28,720 nucleotides of DNA from a virus (taxonomy: Duplodnaviria; Caudoviricetes), in IMG/VR virus record IMGVR_UViG_3300040985_001718, positions 1-28,720 of that record, one strand, 5' to 3'. The notes beneath the pieces were generated by a model. That model worked only from the letters and a program-made list of their open reading frames with translations, was not told the origin of the DNA and did no database searches. The translations under genes and the position numbers were made by a program. Of the stretch, positions 1 to 8,159 are shown one piece after another (the first letter of the stretch is position 1; every line of letters begins with the position of its first letter).

Positions 1-1031
1 AGATCGTCAAATGCTAGTCGGTTGCCACGGAAAAGGCGCGTCCTGCGCTCTCCCAGTACGGCAACCTGTGATGCGCGGTCTTGTTTGCGCAGCCATTGTG
101 GGTATTTCGGGCGGTCAGGTAACACGCCAGATAGCCCGGTCTTAACGTCCCGATGAGCGCGGCCACCGATGCGCGGGTCTTTCGCGTTGATGCCGAGTTC
201 CTTCCAGCTTTTGGTCAATGGGATGGTGGTGGATCGGCATGAATGATGGGCGGGCGGAGAGGGGCCGTCGAGCAGCCCAAATACCTGTCCGTCCAAACTT
301 TGACATATATCAGTAGTCCTAACATCCAGCGTAGAAACCCACTGACGGCCCTTCAATACGTCCGAATTCGCTTCATAGGTCGCTTGCCTCGCGCCGTTAA
401 ATACGCCGTTGGACATGGTGCGAACCACCGAGCGCACGTTCCGCCGTTGCGCTTTCATCGTGGCTGCGCCGGTGAATGCCCTACTCGCCACTGGATCGCC
501 CATTATCCGCCGCGTGATGGCGTCGATGCTCTCCCCAGATGTCAGCCCGATATTGAGTTGACGTCGCAAAGACTTTTTCGCAGCAGATCCAACCGAGGCC
601 GCCCAATCCTTGAGTAATTCGCCGTCGAACGGGTTTTTGCGTACCAATTCTTGCAGCACGCTAGGAGCAGGGACGTTGTAGCCGATAGTGAGCGGGATAG
701 ATTGGCGCAGGTATCCAGCGGCTTGCTTTGCTGCCACCAAGGCGAAAGCGTCCATCCTTTCCAGCAGAATAGCGCCAAAGTTGGCGTTTGCCTTATCAAC
801 GATCCGATCCAGATTCCTTAGCAAGTCCTTGTAACGCCGCGTCTTAAACGGTGACGGCGCACGATCCAACCGCGCCAGCTCCCGGTCAAGTAGCGCTTGG
901 ATCTGCGGTTTGGTCTGACCCTCAACGAGTCGCACCATCTTTTCGATTTCCGTATTCGTGACCTGCTCTGCGTAGAGTGAGCCACGGATAACGAGGTCAA
1001 AAAGCCGCTCATTCGCCGTCTGAATCGCCAT
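1..1031 (-). CDS. Minor head morphogenesis protein (SPP1 gp7 / Mu gpF family), truncated by the window edge
   Basis: Translated by hand; absent from the ORF track because it runs off the edge. AGGAGG precedes ATG at 1031. Protein MAIQTANERLFDLVIRG...WVSTLDVRTTDICQSLDGQVF...PPAHHSCRST has the family's D-RT-C and PP-H-CRS motifs and follows the portal. Confidence 0.9.
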   Translation of the reverse strand, partial: MAIQTANERLFDLVIRGSLYAEQVTNTEIEKMVRLVEGQTKPQIQALLDRELARLDRAPSPFKTRRYKDLLRNLDRIVDKANANFGAILLERMDAFALVAAKQAAGYLRQSIPLTIGYNVPAPSVLQELVRKNPFDGELLKDWAASVGSAAKKSLRRQLNIGLTSGESIDAITRRIMGDPVASRAFTGAATMKAQRRNVRSVVRTMSNGVFNGARQATYEANSDVLKGRQWVSTLDVRTTDICQSLDGQVFGLLDGPSPPAHHSCRSTTIPLTKSWKELGINAKDPRIGGRAHRDVKTGLSGVLPDRPKYPQWLRKQDRASQVAVLGERRTRLFRGNRLAFDD

Positions 1032-2454
1032 CTACCTCCTTATTGGCTTTGATTTCAGCCTTTAGCTTGGTCATCGCTTCACCTTCCAGCGCGTCCGCTT
1101 CGGCGGTTACGTCAAGGCTTTCATTCAGAATGCCGCGACGGATGAACTCTTTGAGCAGCGTTGCCGTGGTGATCGCACCGGCAGTCCACATTTCCAGCAG
1201 GAGCTTGCCGTCCTGGTTGCCGCCGACGCCGACTTTGAAATCGCTGAAGATGTCAACGTCGAACTCGCCCAGGTCGGCATTTTGCCACTCACCGGCCAGC
1301 TTGATTGCTTCCTCTAGGCCAGTTTCAGTCGCCCTGACCCATGCTTGAGCTTTGGACATCTTGGAGCTTTCCGAATTCACTACCGCCGTTGCCGTGGTGT
1401 CGGAAGTCATTTCGATAAATGGCGCCAGGCCGAATACCTGCATTCGAGCTTCTAGCTTGTCCAGGTCTTTCTCCCCGGCCTCGATCGCTCCGCCTGACCC
1501 GTACTCGACATATTCCAGCTCGGCCTCGGTATTCCGGCACAGCACCACGTTATCCGGCCCGATGACGAACTGGTTTTCATCGTCGCCGAACCCCTTGGCA
1601 AACAAAATGGCCACTCGCGCAACCCTGAGAATATGCCTTTGATCGCTGAGGGATTGCCAGTGCAGCAGGTTCAGCCATGCCAAGTTCTCAAGCGGTGGAC
1701 GCGCCACCATGTCAGATCCACGGAAATAGATCGTGATGAGCGGAACCTTTCTCAGGGTGTTCAGGAGTGGATCTCCGACCGCAACAAACCCCTCATCCTT
1801 GCCATCGTCGCCCGTGGATGATTCGTAAATGGTCGTTTCCGTCGGCGTGATGACCCGAACCCTGGTTTTTTCGTCCTCGGTGAAGTCCTCGCCCTGCTCG
1901 GTGATGGTTTCCTTGATCCGCGCTTCAGTCAGGACGGTTTCACCGCTCTCCGTTACCTCGCTTTTCCACCCAATCAGGTCGGGAACTTCAATCACCGAAA
2001 GTGAAGCTCGAACGCCTGATTTCCTCTCAGTTGCGGCGTTTTGGGTCGCCTCAGTCGCCGGGAAATCAACCAGGATATGCGCCTTGCCGTAAATCGCTCC
2101 CTGCTCGTAAACGTCGCGGGCAAACTGCGTTAGGTTGCGGCCTCGACGGTCGGCATTGTGAACAATGCTTTGGATGAGGTCGGGCAATTCCTCGTCATTG
2201 CCAGCCGAAACGCTCACCGGCTCGGCGAACGGGCGATCCGCAATCGATGAAACCGTGTCCTCATACCCGTTGAACAGCACCGACATTGCTTTTCGTCGGT
2301 CATAGGACGGCTGCTGCTCTGCCGTTTCCTTGGGCAGCCACTTCACGCCAGCCGCCCGCATCTTGAGGGTTCCGCCTAGCAAATCGTGGATCAGCTCCCA
2401 ACGCTCCGCCATCGTGTTGTAAGCCGTGCAGGGTGTGTTTACGTTGTCGCTCAT
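1009..2454 (-). CDS. Portal protein (DUF4055 type)
   Basis: 481 aa directly after TerL. Motifs W..I.DLLGG...MR.AG..WLP, HILVDFP and PPL.NLA.LNL.HWQ..SD. Confidence 0.9.
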   Translation of the reverse strand: MSDNVNTPCTAYNTMAERWELIHDLLGGTLKMRAAGVKWLPKETAEQQPSYDRRKAMSVLFNGYEDTVSSIADRPFAEPVSVSAGNDEELPDLIQSIVHNADRRGRNLTQFARDVYEQGAIYGKAHILVDFPATEATQNAATERKSGVRASLSVIEVPDLIGWKSEVTESGETVLTEARIKETITEQGEDFTEDEKTRVRVITPTETTIYESSTGDDGKDEGFVAVGDPLLNTLRKVPLITIYFRGSDMVARPPLENLAWLNLLHWQSLSDQRHILRVARVAILFAKGFGDDENQFVIGPDNVVLCRNTEAELEYVEYGSGGAIEAGEKDLDKLEARMQVFGLAPFIEMTSDTTATAVVNSESSKMSKAQAWVRATETGLEEAIKLAGEWQNADLGEFDVDIFSDFKVGVGGNQDGKLLLEMWTAGAITTATLLKEFIRRGILNESLDVTAEADALEGEAMTKLKAEIKANKEVDGDSDGE

Positions 2455-2456
2455 TT

Positions 2457-3803
2457 TTAGAACATTTCGCGGCGAGTGAACCCGCGCCCCTGAATTGGGA
2501 ACTTCTCTTCGATGTAGTAGCCGAGGCCGTCCGTCCAGTGCGTCAGCAGGTCGTTTGATTTGTCCAATTCCCCGCTGCCACCCTTCAAAAGCACTACGCC
2601 CTCTAGGTCTTTGACAACTGCGGGAGCTTTGGTTTCGTCCACGAGTAGCCGAATCGTACCATCCATGGCCTTGATTCTGGAGTTCACCGCGTTAATTCTG
2701 CTGCGCTCGGTGGGGTTTGACCGCTTAAACCGCATGGATAGCTGGCCCTGAAACTTTGGCCGCAGGACTTGCTCGATCAAATCGACGTCGGAACCCATGA
2801 CCGCAGTCGTTCCACCAGCTCCGCCGGTTGCGTCACCGTAAACATGGATTTCGTGCTTATGGCTCGCCCAATCCTGCACCAAGCGCTTACACACGGCCAC
2901 GGTCGTACTGTTCCGGGGGATATGCACTTCCCCGATGATGCAAGTCACCGATTCGTCAGCCGGTACGCCGTCGAGTGGATTCCCTACCTGCAATTCTTGG
3001 CAGACCACTGCAACGCCGGGCGAGATGTTGAAGTCCAGGCAGAATATAAGCGGTTTCGTAGGATCGTAGCGCAGGTCTTGGCAGTGAGTCTCACGGGTAA
3101 AATCTCGGTAGGCTCGGCCCGCGAAGTTGATAAATGAGCCGTAGTATTCCTGCTGGAAGGTGAGTTCGTCCAGCTCCCGCCGTGCCTGTTCGATAATGGA
3201 ATCGTCCAGGATGTCAGCGGAAGGCCAGCACCCGGTATGGTGTAGCGCGGATTCCTCCTTATGAAGCGCTTGCCAGTCCATCGCAATATCGTAGAAGTGA
3301 TTTCGGCCCTCTGGAACGCCTGAGAGCATCGCAAATCCGGGAGGTCTGCCCTTGGTGGCTAAAGCTGGCAGTACCTTCTCCCCCCATAGATTAGCTTTCA
3401 TGGACGCAAACTCATCCCCGCCCCATCCATCCAGCGGTCGGCCCTCGATGCGGTCTGGCTGATCCATCCCCATAATGGTTATCTCAGTTCCAGTCACTAG
3501 CCGGATCGTCAGTTCGGACTCTGACGGCTTCCCTGCCCTCATCCAATCTGGGACGAACTTCTTAGCGTCGCGCCAGAAAATGCGCTTCGCTTGGCTATGA
3601 GTTGGCGCCGTAAGCACGAACCAGCCGTCATCGGTGGTGTCGTAATCAATGGCCTTCTTGATGATCCGCCGTTTGACGATCTCGGTCTTTCCTGATCGTC
3701 TACCGGCCCAGGTAGCGCAAAAGCGGGCATCTGAATGGAATAGCTGGCTCTGCTGCCTGTGATAATCCAGCGGATACCAGCGAGGGGTGAGCAGTTCCGT
3801 CAT
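2457..3803 (-). CDS. terL: Terminase large subunit
   Basis: Walker A AGRRSGKT, Walker B-like GWGGDE, PEGRNHFY, F.QEY, RNase H-like LDFN and HWTDGLGY. Confidence 0.95.
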   Translation of the reverse strand: MTELLTPRWYPLDYHRQQSQLFHSDARFCATWAGRRSGKTEIVKRRIIKKAIDYDTTDDGWFVLTAPTHSQAKRIFWRDAKKFVPDWMRAGKPSESELTIRLVTGTEITIMGMDQPDRIEGRPLDGWGGDEFASMKANLWGEKVLPALATKGRPPGFAMLSGVPEGRNHFYDIAMDWQALHKEESALHHTGCWPSADILDDSIIEQARRELDELTFQQEYYGSFINFAGRAYRDFTRETHCQDLRYDPTKPLIFCLDFNISPGVAVVCQELQVGNPLDGVPADESVTCIIGEVHIPRNSTTVAVCKRLVQDWASHKHEIHVYGDATGGAGGTTAVMGSDVDLIEQVLRPKFQGQLSMRFKRSNPTERSRINAVNSRIKAMDGTIRLLVDETKAPAVVKDLEGVVLLKGGSGELDKSNDLLTHWTDGLGYYIEEKFPIQGRGFTRREMF

Positions 3804-4159
3804 TCGTCGCCCTCGACTAATTCCACCTCTGCATCCTCGGCCTCTTCTTCAAGCGGGACGGTTGCTTCCATTTTCCGCTTGGCTTCCCTGATCTTGGCTG
3901 CGATGTCATCGACTGACTCAGATCCCACAGCATTCTTGCCATCCGTGCGGCCTTCATCGCGGTTGATGAATTCCTGGATGAAGTTCCACATCTTCGCTGG
4001 GTTCGTTAGCGCCTCCTTTACCATGATTTCGGCAAGGGCATCCGCGAGAACGATCCCGCCGCGTTCCTCTTCTAGGACTAGGCGGATACGGCGCATCATT
4101 CCCACCGACCCTTTGGGACGGCCCCCAGGGTTGCCGGATTGCCCAGGCTTAAACGTCAT
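3800..4159 (-). CDS. terS: Terminase small subunit (DUF5681-like N-terminus)
   Basis: FKPGQSGNPGGRPKG motif; ATGA overlap with terL. Confidence 0.8.
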   Translation of the reverse strand: MTFKPGQSGNPGGRPKGSVGMMRRIRLVLEEERGGIVLADALAEIMVKEALTNPAKMWNFIQEFINRDEGRTDGKNAVGSESVDDIAAKIREAKRKMEATVPLEEEAEDAEVELVEGDE

Positions 4160-4850
4160 CTCCCCCTCTGCGCTCGCCGCGTTGCTTTCGCGTTGATACT
4201 GAGCGGCTAGAACTAGAGGGTGCGCTTGTCCCGGCTAACCTAGCGCGGATCAATCTCCGACCGTGTCGAGTAAGCCCGATAAAGAAACGGTGTTTCCCTT
4301 TGCAAACATGGCTTTGCGTCTCCGCCCCGTACCTCTGCCGCGCAATTTCGAGCGACGTTACCCCGCTACCGCCAGCCGTTCTACTGTGTATATACCCCTC
4401 TGGCGTATCGTATCCATTCTTTTGTCCCTCTGAACTGATGCCGGAATACGCCCAATTCCCCGCCCGATAGATCGTCCCTTCGTGGCCCTGGTCCCTATCG
4501 GCGAACGAAAATACAACATGGATCGTAGGGTTATTGAGCTTCAGGCATTTCAAGGCGAGGGCTAGAACCTTCGTTGTCTCCGCCCTACGCATTTCGCCAC
4601 GGTCGAGAAGTGCAACCCGTAAAAGCTCGCAAGCCTCCGTTTGTAGCAGATCCCATTTCTTGTAAAAAGGCGAGCTAGCCCCACGCCCAAAGATTACCGC
4701 CCCAACGAAGCGGCCCGCCTCCCATACGCCAAAGCTCGATATCTTGAATACCGGCATACACCTAGAATAATGCCAGCTCATTACGGCATATTTTGCCGCC
4801 TTACGGGTACACGGCGCGATAACTAGATTTCCTTTCCGCAGCTCGGACAT
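4149..4850 (-). CDS. mom: Mom-family GNAT DNA base-modifying acyltransferase
   Basis: Motifs WHYS, GAVIFG, ELLRVAL and SFADRDQGHEGTIYRAGNWAYSG are characteristic of phage Mu Mom homologues. Confidence 0.85.
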   Translation of the reverse strand: MSELRKGNLVIAPCTRKAAKYAVMSWHYSRCMPVFKISSFGVWEAGRFVGAVIFGRGASSPFYKKWDLLQTEACELLRVALLDRGEMRRAETTKVLALALKCLKLNNPTIHVVFSFADRDQGHEGTIYRAGNWAYSGISSEGQKNGYDTPEGYIHSRTAGGSGVTSLEIARQRYGAETQSHVCKGKHRFFIGLTRHGRRLIRARLAGTSAPSSSSRSVSTRKQRGERRGGDDV

Positions 4851-5293
4851 TTCTCCACCTCATTTATCTCCCCAAGGTTGGCGGTTCCCCCCTGCGGGGC
4901 AAACGTGGCGAGAAGTGCCTCTAGCTCGCCCTCAGTGAATCCCGTTTCCGCCAGCATATCGGCGGAATTGAGGCTATCTAGGATCGTCGCCAATCCCTCA
5001 TCGTCCCATTCTGCAAGTTCGGCGGTTCGGTTATCGGCGATGGCGAACGCCACTGCCTCAGCCCCTTCCAGCTCGGTTCTGACGATTTCGATTTCGCTCC
5101 ATCCCAAGGTTCTAGCGGCTTGTAGCGTCCCGTTCCCTGCGACAACGACGCCGTTTTTATCGACAACGATGGGCTTCTGCTGCCCGAACTTCTGCAAGCT
5201 GGCCGCGATGGCCTCGATATTTCGCTCATCGTGTCGGCGCACGTTGGCCGGGTCAAAAGAGAGCGATTCTATGCTGATTTTTTCGACTTCCAT
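4823..5293 (-). CDS. ParB/Srx N-terminal domain protein with C-terminal CxxC
   Basis: DPANVRRH...SLQKFGQQKPIVVD..GVVVAGNGTLQAA...ADNRTAELAEWD; ends in CPSCG. Confidence 0.9.
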   Translation of the reverse strand: MEVEKISIESLSFDPANVRRHDERNIEAIAASLQKFGQQKPIVVDKNGVVVAGNGTLQAARTLGWSEIEIVRTELEGAEAVAFAIADNRTAELAEWDDEGLATILDSLNSADMLAETGFTEGELEALLATFAPQGGTANLGEINEVEKCPSCGKEI

Positions 5294-5413
5294 TCCCTAT
5301 GCCCCTCCTGGGCGGTTGAGACGTTCGGAACCCACGCCCCGGCGTGAACCCTTCAACAGTCTCCCTAAGCGTACCACCGAGAAAAGGCGGGCGCACCCTC
5401 GCTAAACTATGAC

Positions 5414-5731
5414 ATGGCGAAAACATCCGATGGGCGGCGGCTCGATGGCTTGACCCTGCGCGAATATGAGCCGGTCAGTAAACAGGAGTTACGGGCGCTG
5501 ACTTGCGCGAATCTGGCTGGCCCTGCACTGTCCGTGGATCGAATATTGCTGGCTCGGCTGCTGATGGAGCGGGACGAGCTTTTGGCCACCTTTGAATCTG
5601 CGCGGCTGCTTTTGGAGGAATTGGAGTCGGAAGGGTTGATTGCTCCCGCCGGCGACGATGAAACCGCCCTTGCTCGATATGCGGTGGCTCTCAAGCGTTA
5701 CATGGATATTGCGGAGAGCGTTGAGGGGTAA
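5414..5731 (+). CDS. Hypothetical protein; lone plus-strand gene between the late and early minus-strand blocks
   Basis: 105-aa helical-looking ORF that fills the gap; TAAACT (5403-5408) lies 5 nt before the ATG. Confidence 0.6.
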   Translation: MAKTSDGRRLDGLTLREYEPVSKQELRALTCANLAGPALSVDRILLARLLMERDELLATFESARLLLEELESEGLIAPAGDDETALARYAVALKRYMDIAESVEG

Positions 5732-5735
5732 AAGC

Positions 5736-5981
5736 CTAGATCTCAGAATTCTCATCCAGCCCCACCAGATAGTCCGTCGTCGTACCCAAATGCGACGCCA
5801 ACGCTACCAGTGAATCGACCGAAAGGGAAAAGCCAGATTCAATCTTGCGAATCATTATTTCAGATCGGTTGCACTTATCCGCGAGTTGCGATTGAGTCAG
5901 TCCAATCTCATCACGCAATAGCTTTACCCGTTTCCCAATCGTTTGAGTGATCCGCGTTTGCGGTCGGCGGTGGGCTGCCAT
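5736..5981 (-). CDS. XRE/Cro-C1 HTH transcriptional regulator
   Basis: IGKRVKLLR...GLTQSQLA...IESG...LASHLGTTTDYLVG. Confidence 0.9.
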   Translation of the reverse strand: MAAHRRPQTRITQTIGKRVKLLRDEIGLTQSQLADKCNRSEIMIRKIESGFSLSVDSLVALASHLGTTTDYLVGLDENSEI

Positions 5982-6265
5982 TACTTCAAAGGTTCCTCAT
6001 CCAGGCCGAGCAGGTAATCCGCTGAGCATCCTAAGTGAGTTGCCAGCCGCGCCAACGACGTAGCCGAAGGCAAAAACTGCCCGCGCTCAAATTGACCTAT
6101 CGCCTGGTTGGTTACGCCGATCAGTGATCCGAGTTGCGATTGATAAAGCCCGGCCTCAGTCCTCAGCTTTAGGATTCGCTGGCCGGTCAATACGGCAAGC
6201 TCGGTATCTGCGCGGGTGTAAACCTTGGCGTAGAGTGATTGGCGTTTGCATTTACTTCTTTCCAA
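5981..6265 (-). CDS. XRE/Cro-C1 HTH transcriptional regulator
   Basis: GQRILKLR..AGLYQSQLG...FERG...PS...LA..LGCSADYLLG. Start reassigned to TTG 6265, which has GGAGGA 6 nt upstream. Confidence 0.85.
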   Translation of the reverse strand: MERSKCKRQSLYAKVYTRADTELAVLTGQRILKLRTEAGLYQSQLGSLIGVTNQAIGQFERGQFLPSATSLARLATHLGCSADYLLGLDEEPLK

Positions 6266-6527
6266 TTGTCTTCCTCCAACATTCTCCGTCCCAATCGTAT
6301 TTACCAAGCTCGCGGCGATTCTGGAAATTCGGTTGCTCAACTGTGTAAAAGTCCGCACTTAATGGCGCGTATCTACCCGGCTGTAATTCAAGCCGGAATT
6401 CATTAAGCATTTCGAGCATGTCATCCATTGATATGCCCCAAACTTCACGCTTCCAGCAGTCGGCGGGCTTGTCAATTGGTCGAACCCATACGGTTGCTCG
6501 GAATTGAATGGTGGCGGCGCGTTTCAT
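6252..6527 (-). CDS. Hypothetical protein
   Basis: 91-aa ORF in the tightly packed operon; GAAGGTG before ATG. Confidence 0.6.
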   Translation of the reverse strand: MKRAATIQFRATVWVRPIDKPADCWKREVWGISMDDMLEMLNEFRLELQPGRYAPLSADFYTVEQPNFQNRRELGKYDWDGECWRKTIGKK

Positions 6528-6568
6528 TTCACCTTCTCAGCGATCAGGGCGGGTAGGCTTGTCGGCGT

Positions 6569-6979
6569 TCACGATGGAAGCTCCGATTTGAGGCGCAGGA
6601 CCATGCCGTACCCAACTTCGTAGTGTGCCACGAAAGGGTCAGCGGCTAGGCCAAGTCCGCCAACGTCCTCAACTGCTGCAACAACGTAGCGTGAGCAGGG
6701 GAGAAGGGAAACGACACCAGGCACAACCTGGGTAGCTTCGCTTAGGTCTTCCACCAGGCGCAAAGGTTTGGCCGCACCGCACCAGGCTTCCCAATGTTCG
6801 CGGACATCCTCGATAGCCTCTGAGGGCTCATCACCAAAGCCCCAGACGCAACGCTCATGCTCGCCAGCTATCCCAATTTCAAAGCCTGACCAATGCGTCG
6901 GGCGGGTCAGCTTGACCGGCAATGGCTTAGGCGACGGGGGACGTCCGAACATGTCGAACACAGGTTGGTTATGGCTCAT
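6569..6979 (-). CDS. Hypothetical protein
   Basis: 136-aa ORF; GAGGA upstream; ATGA-coupled to the preceding small ORF. Confidence 0.65.
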   Translation of the reverse strand: MSHNQPVFDMFGRPPSPKPLPVKLTRPTHWSGFEIGIAGEHERCVWGFGDEPSEAIEDVREHWEAWCGAAKPLRLVEDLSEATQVVPGVVSLLPCSRYVVAAVEDVGGLGLAADPFVAHYEVGYGMVLRLKSELPS

Positions 6980-7047
6980 AGCAAATCCTCATCGACTGCA
7001 AAGCTCCAATCAGGAGTACTAACTAAGTGTTTGATTTTATTACTCAT
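6976..7047 (-). CDS. Small 23-aa ORF (MSNKIKHLVSTPDWSFAVDEDLL)
   Basis: Read by hand; overlaps the stop or start of both neighbours. Confidence 0.4.
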   Translation of the reverse strand: MSNKIKHLVSTPDWSFAVDEDLL

Positions 7048-7195
7048 CGCCCTCTGCCTCCGATTGTCTCAAAGTTTTTTTGATTGAGTTTACGCCGATA
7101 CATGAATTGCAGTTGACTACGAAAATTAGAACCAGCGCCAACCCTATGAAATTGAGTTCGCCCAAGATTTTCTCAAGTAGCTTTTTCTCACTCAT
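7040..7195 (-). CDS. Small 51-aa membrane protein
   Basis: Read by hand: MSEKKLLEKILGELNFIGLALVLIFVVNCNSCIG...; ATGA overlap with the upstream HTH gene. Confidence 0.6.
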   Translation of the reverse strand: MSEKKLLEKILGELNFIGLALVLIFVVNCNSCIGVNSIKKTLRQSEAEGDE

Positions 7196-7452
7196 CGCTC
7201 AACCCCACACTTTCCGCCGACCAGCCTAGTAATATCGCCGATCTTGCACTTTAGGACTTTGCAGATTCCGCCAACGGTGTCGAGGTTCGCAGAGCCTACG
7301 CCTTCCCCGTGGGTATCGATGCGAAAGTTCTTAACGGATATCTCATCCAGTCGTCGGCGTAGATCATTGTTGGATTCCATGCCGCGCTTTTTCATCAAGG
7401 CTTTCACCTTGCGCGGGCAGATAGTGGCGTGTTGGATTTTCTTCTTTTTCAT
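7192..7452 (-). CDS. Cro/C1-like HTH protein (HTH_26-like)
   Basis: KVKALMKKRGM...LDTVGGICKVLKCKIGDI. Confidence 0.7.
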   Translation of the reverse strand: MKKKKIQHATICPRKVKALMKKRGMESNNDLRRRLDEISVKNFRIDTHGEGVGSANLDTVGGICKVLKCKIGDITRLVGGKCGVER

Positions 7453-7619
7453 CGTGTAGCGTCCTCGATCTCTTGCTTGAGGATGTAGATTTGCACGTTT
7501 AGCTTAGTCTCGATTGGCCGTAGAGTCGGCTGAGTCTTCTTCAGGTGCAGGACTTGCGCTTTGAACTCGCCGAGCTTTGCGCGTAGGTCTTCTAGGTGGG
7601 TGAATTGGTCGAAGGTCAT
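7449..7619 (-). CDS. Hypothetical 56-aa helical protein
   Basis: Read by hand (MTFDQFTHLEDLRAKLGEFK...); ATGA overlaps at both ends. Confidence 0.65.
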   Translation of the reverse strand: MTFDQFTHLEDLRAKLGEFKAQVLHLKKTQPTLRPIETKLNVQIYILKQEIEDATR

Positions 7620-8005
7620 TTTGTCTCCCTCAATCTAAACCAGTGGTCGCCGCCCTCGCGGACGGTTTCGATGCTCATGCCCTCGTTGCGCAGCTCATGG
7701 ATTCGAGCGGCCAACCGGGTATGGTTAAACATGCGGATAGCGTCAAGGCTTGTTAAGCCTTTGGGGTTATCCAGCAGGTACTTTTTGATTTGCAGCTTTG
7801 CGGTAAGGCATCGCGTCTTCTCTGGCGAGTTTTGCGAGTTGCAAGCGTCGCAGAGGTAGTGCGTTTGATCGTGCGGGAAATAGCAGAAAGCTTTGCACCT
7901 TGAGCAATTCCCAATATCCTCACATTTCAAGCAAGGAATCTTGCCCCCATTGCACAAACATTCCGCCCGCTCCCAGACCTGCCTTCTAGTTAATTGTTCA
8001 CTCAT
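7616..8005 (-). CDS. Cys-rich Zn-binding domain fused to a winged helix (HTH_39-like)
   Basis: Several CxxC motifs, then IKKYLL...LTSLDAIRMF..TRLAARIHELRNEGMSIET. Confidence 0.8.
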   Translation of the reverse strand: MSEQLTRRQVWERAECLCNGGKIPCLKCEDIGNCSRCKAFCYFPHDQTHYLCDACNSQNSPEKTRCLTAKLQIKKYLLDNPKGLTSLDAIRMFNHTRLAARIHELRNEGMSIETVREGGDHWFRLRETK

Positions 8006-8078
8006 GCCATTAGTTCACACGGGGAGAAGGATTGCAGTAGTTTTTTCTAATCCGTTCATGTTCATTTCCTCGTCAAAA

Positions 8079-8153
8079 GCCCCAGGGTCGGGCAGCCGTG
8101 GCTATTGCTTGCATGTCCTCCCTAACAAGCACCACCGCCCGATCCTCTGAGGC
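8079..8153 (-). terminator. Long imperfect stem-loop followed by UUUU, downstream of recT
   Basis: Pairings GCCUCAG/CUGGGGC, UCGGGCGGU/GCUGCCCGA and UGCUUGU/GCAAGCA; loop UAGGGAGGACAU. Confidence 0.5.
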
Positions 8154-8159
8154 AGGTTT

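Noticed and set aside
818-1012. Track ORFs 818-1012(-), 542-799(-) and 243-617(+)
   Set aside because: They are shadows of the minor head gene, which starts at 1031 with AGGAGG in another frame.
6156-6251. ATG directly after the 6252 stop, suggesting a frameshifted HTH gene
   Set aside because: An in-frame TTG at 6265 with a well-spaced GGAGGA explains the HTH gene without a frameshift.
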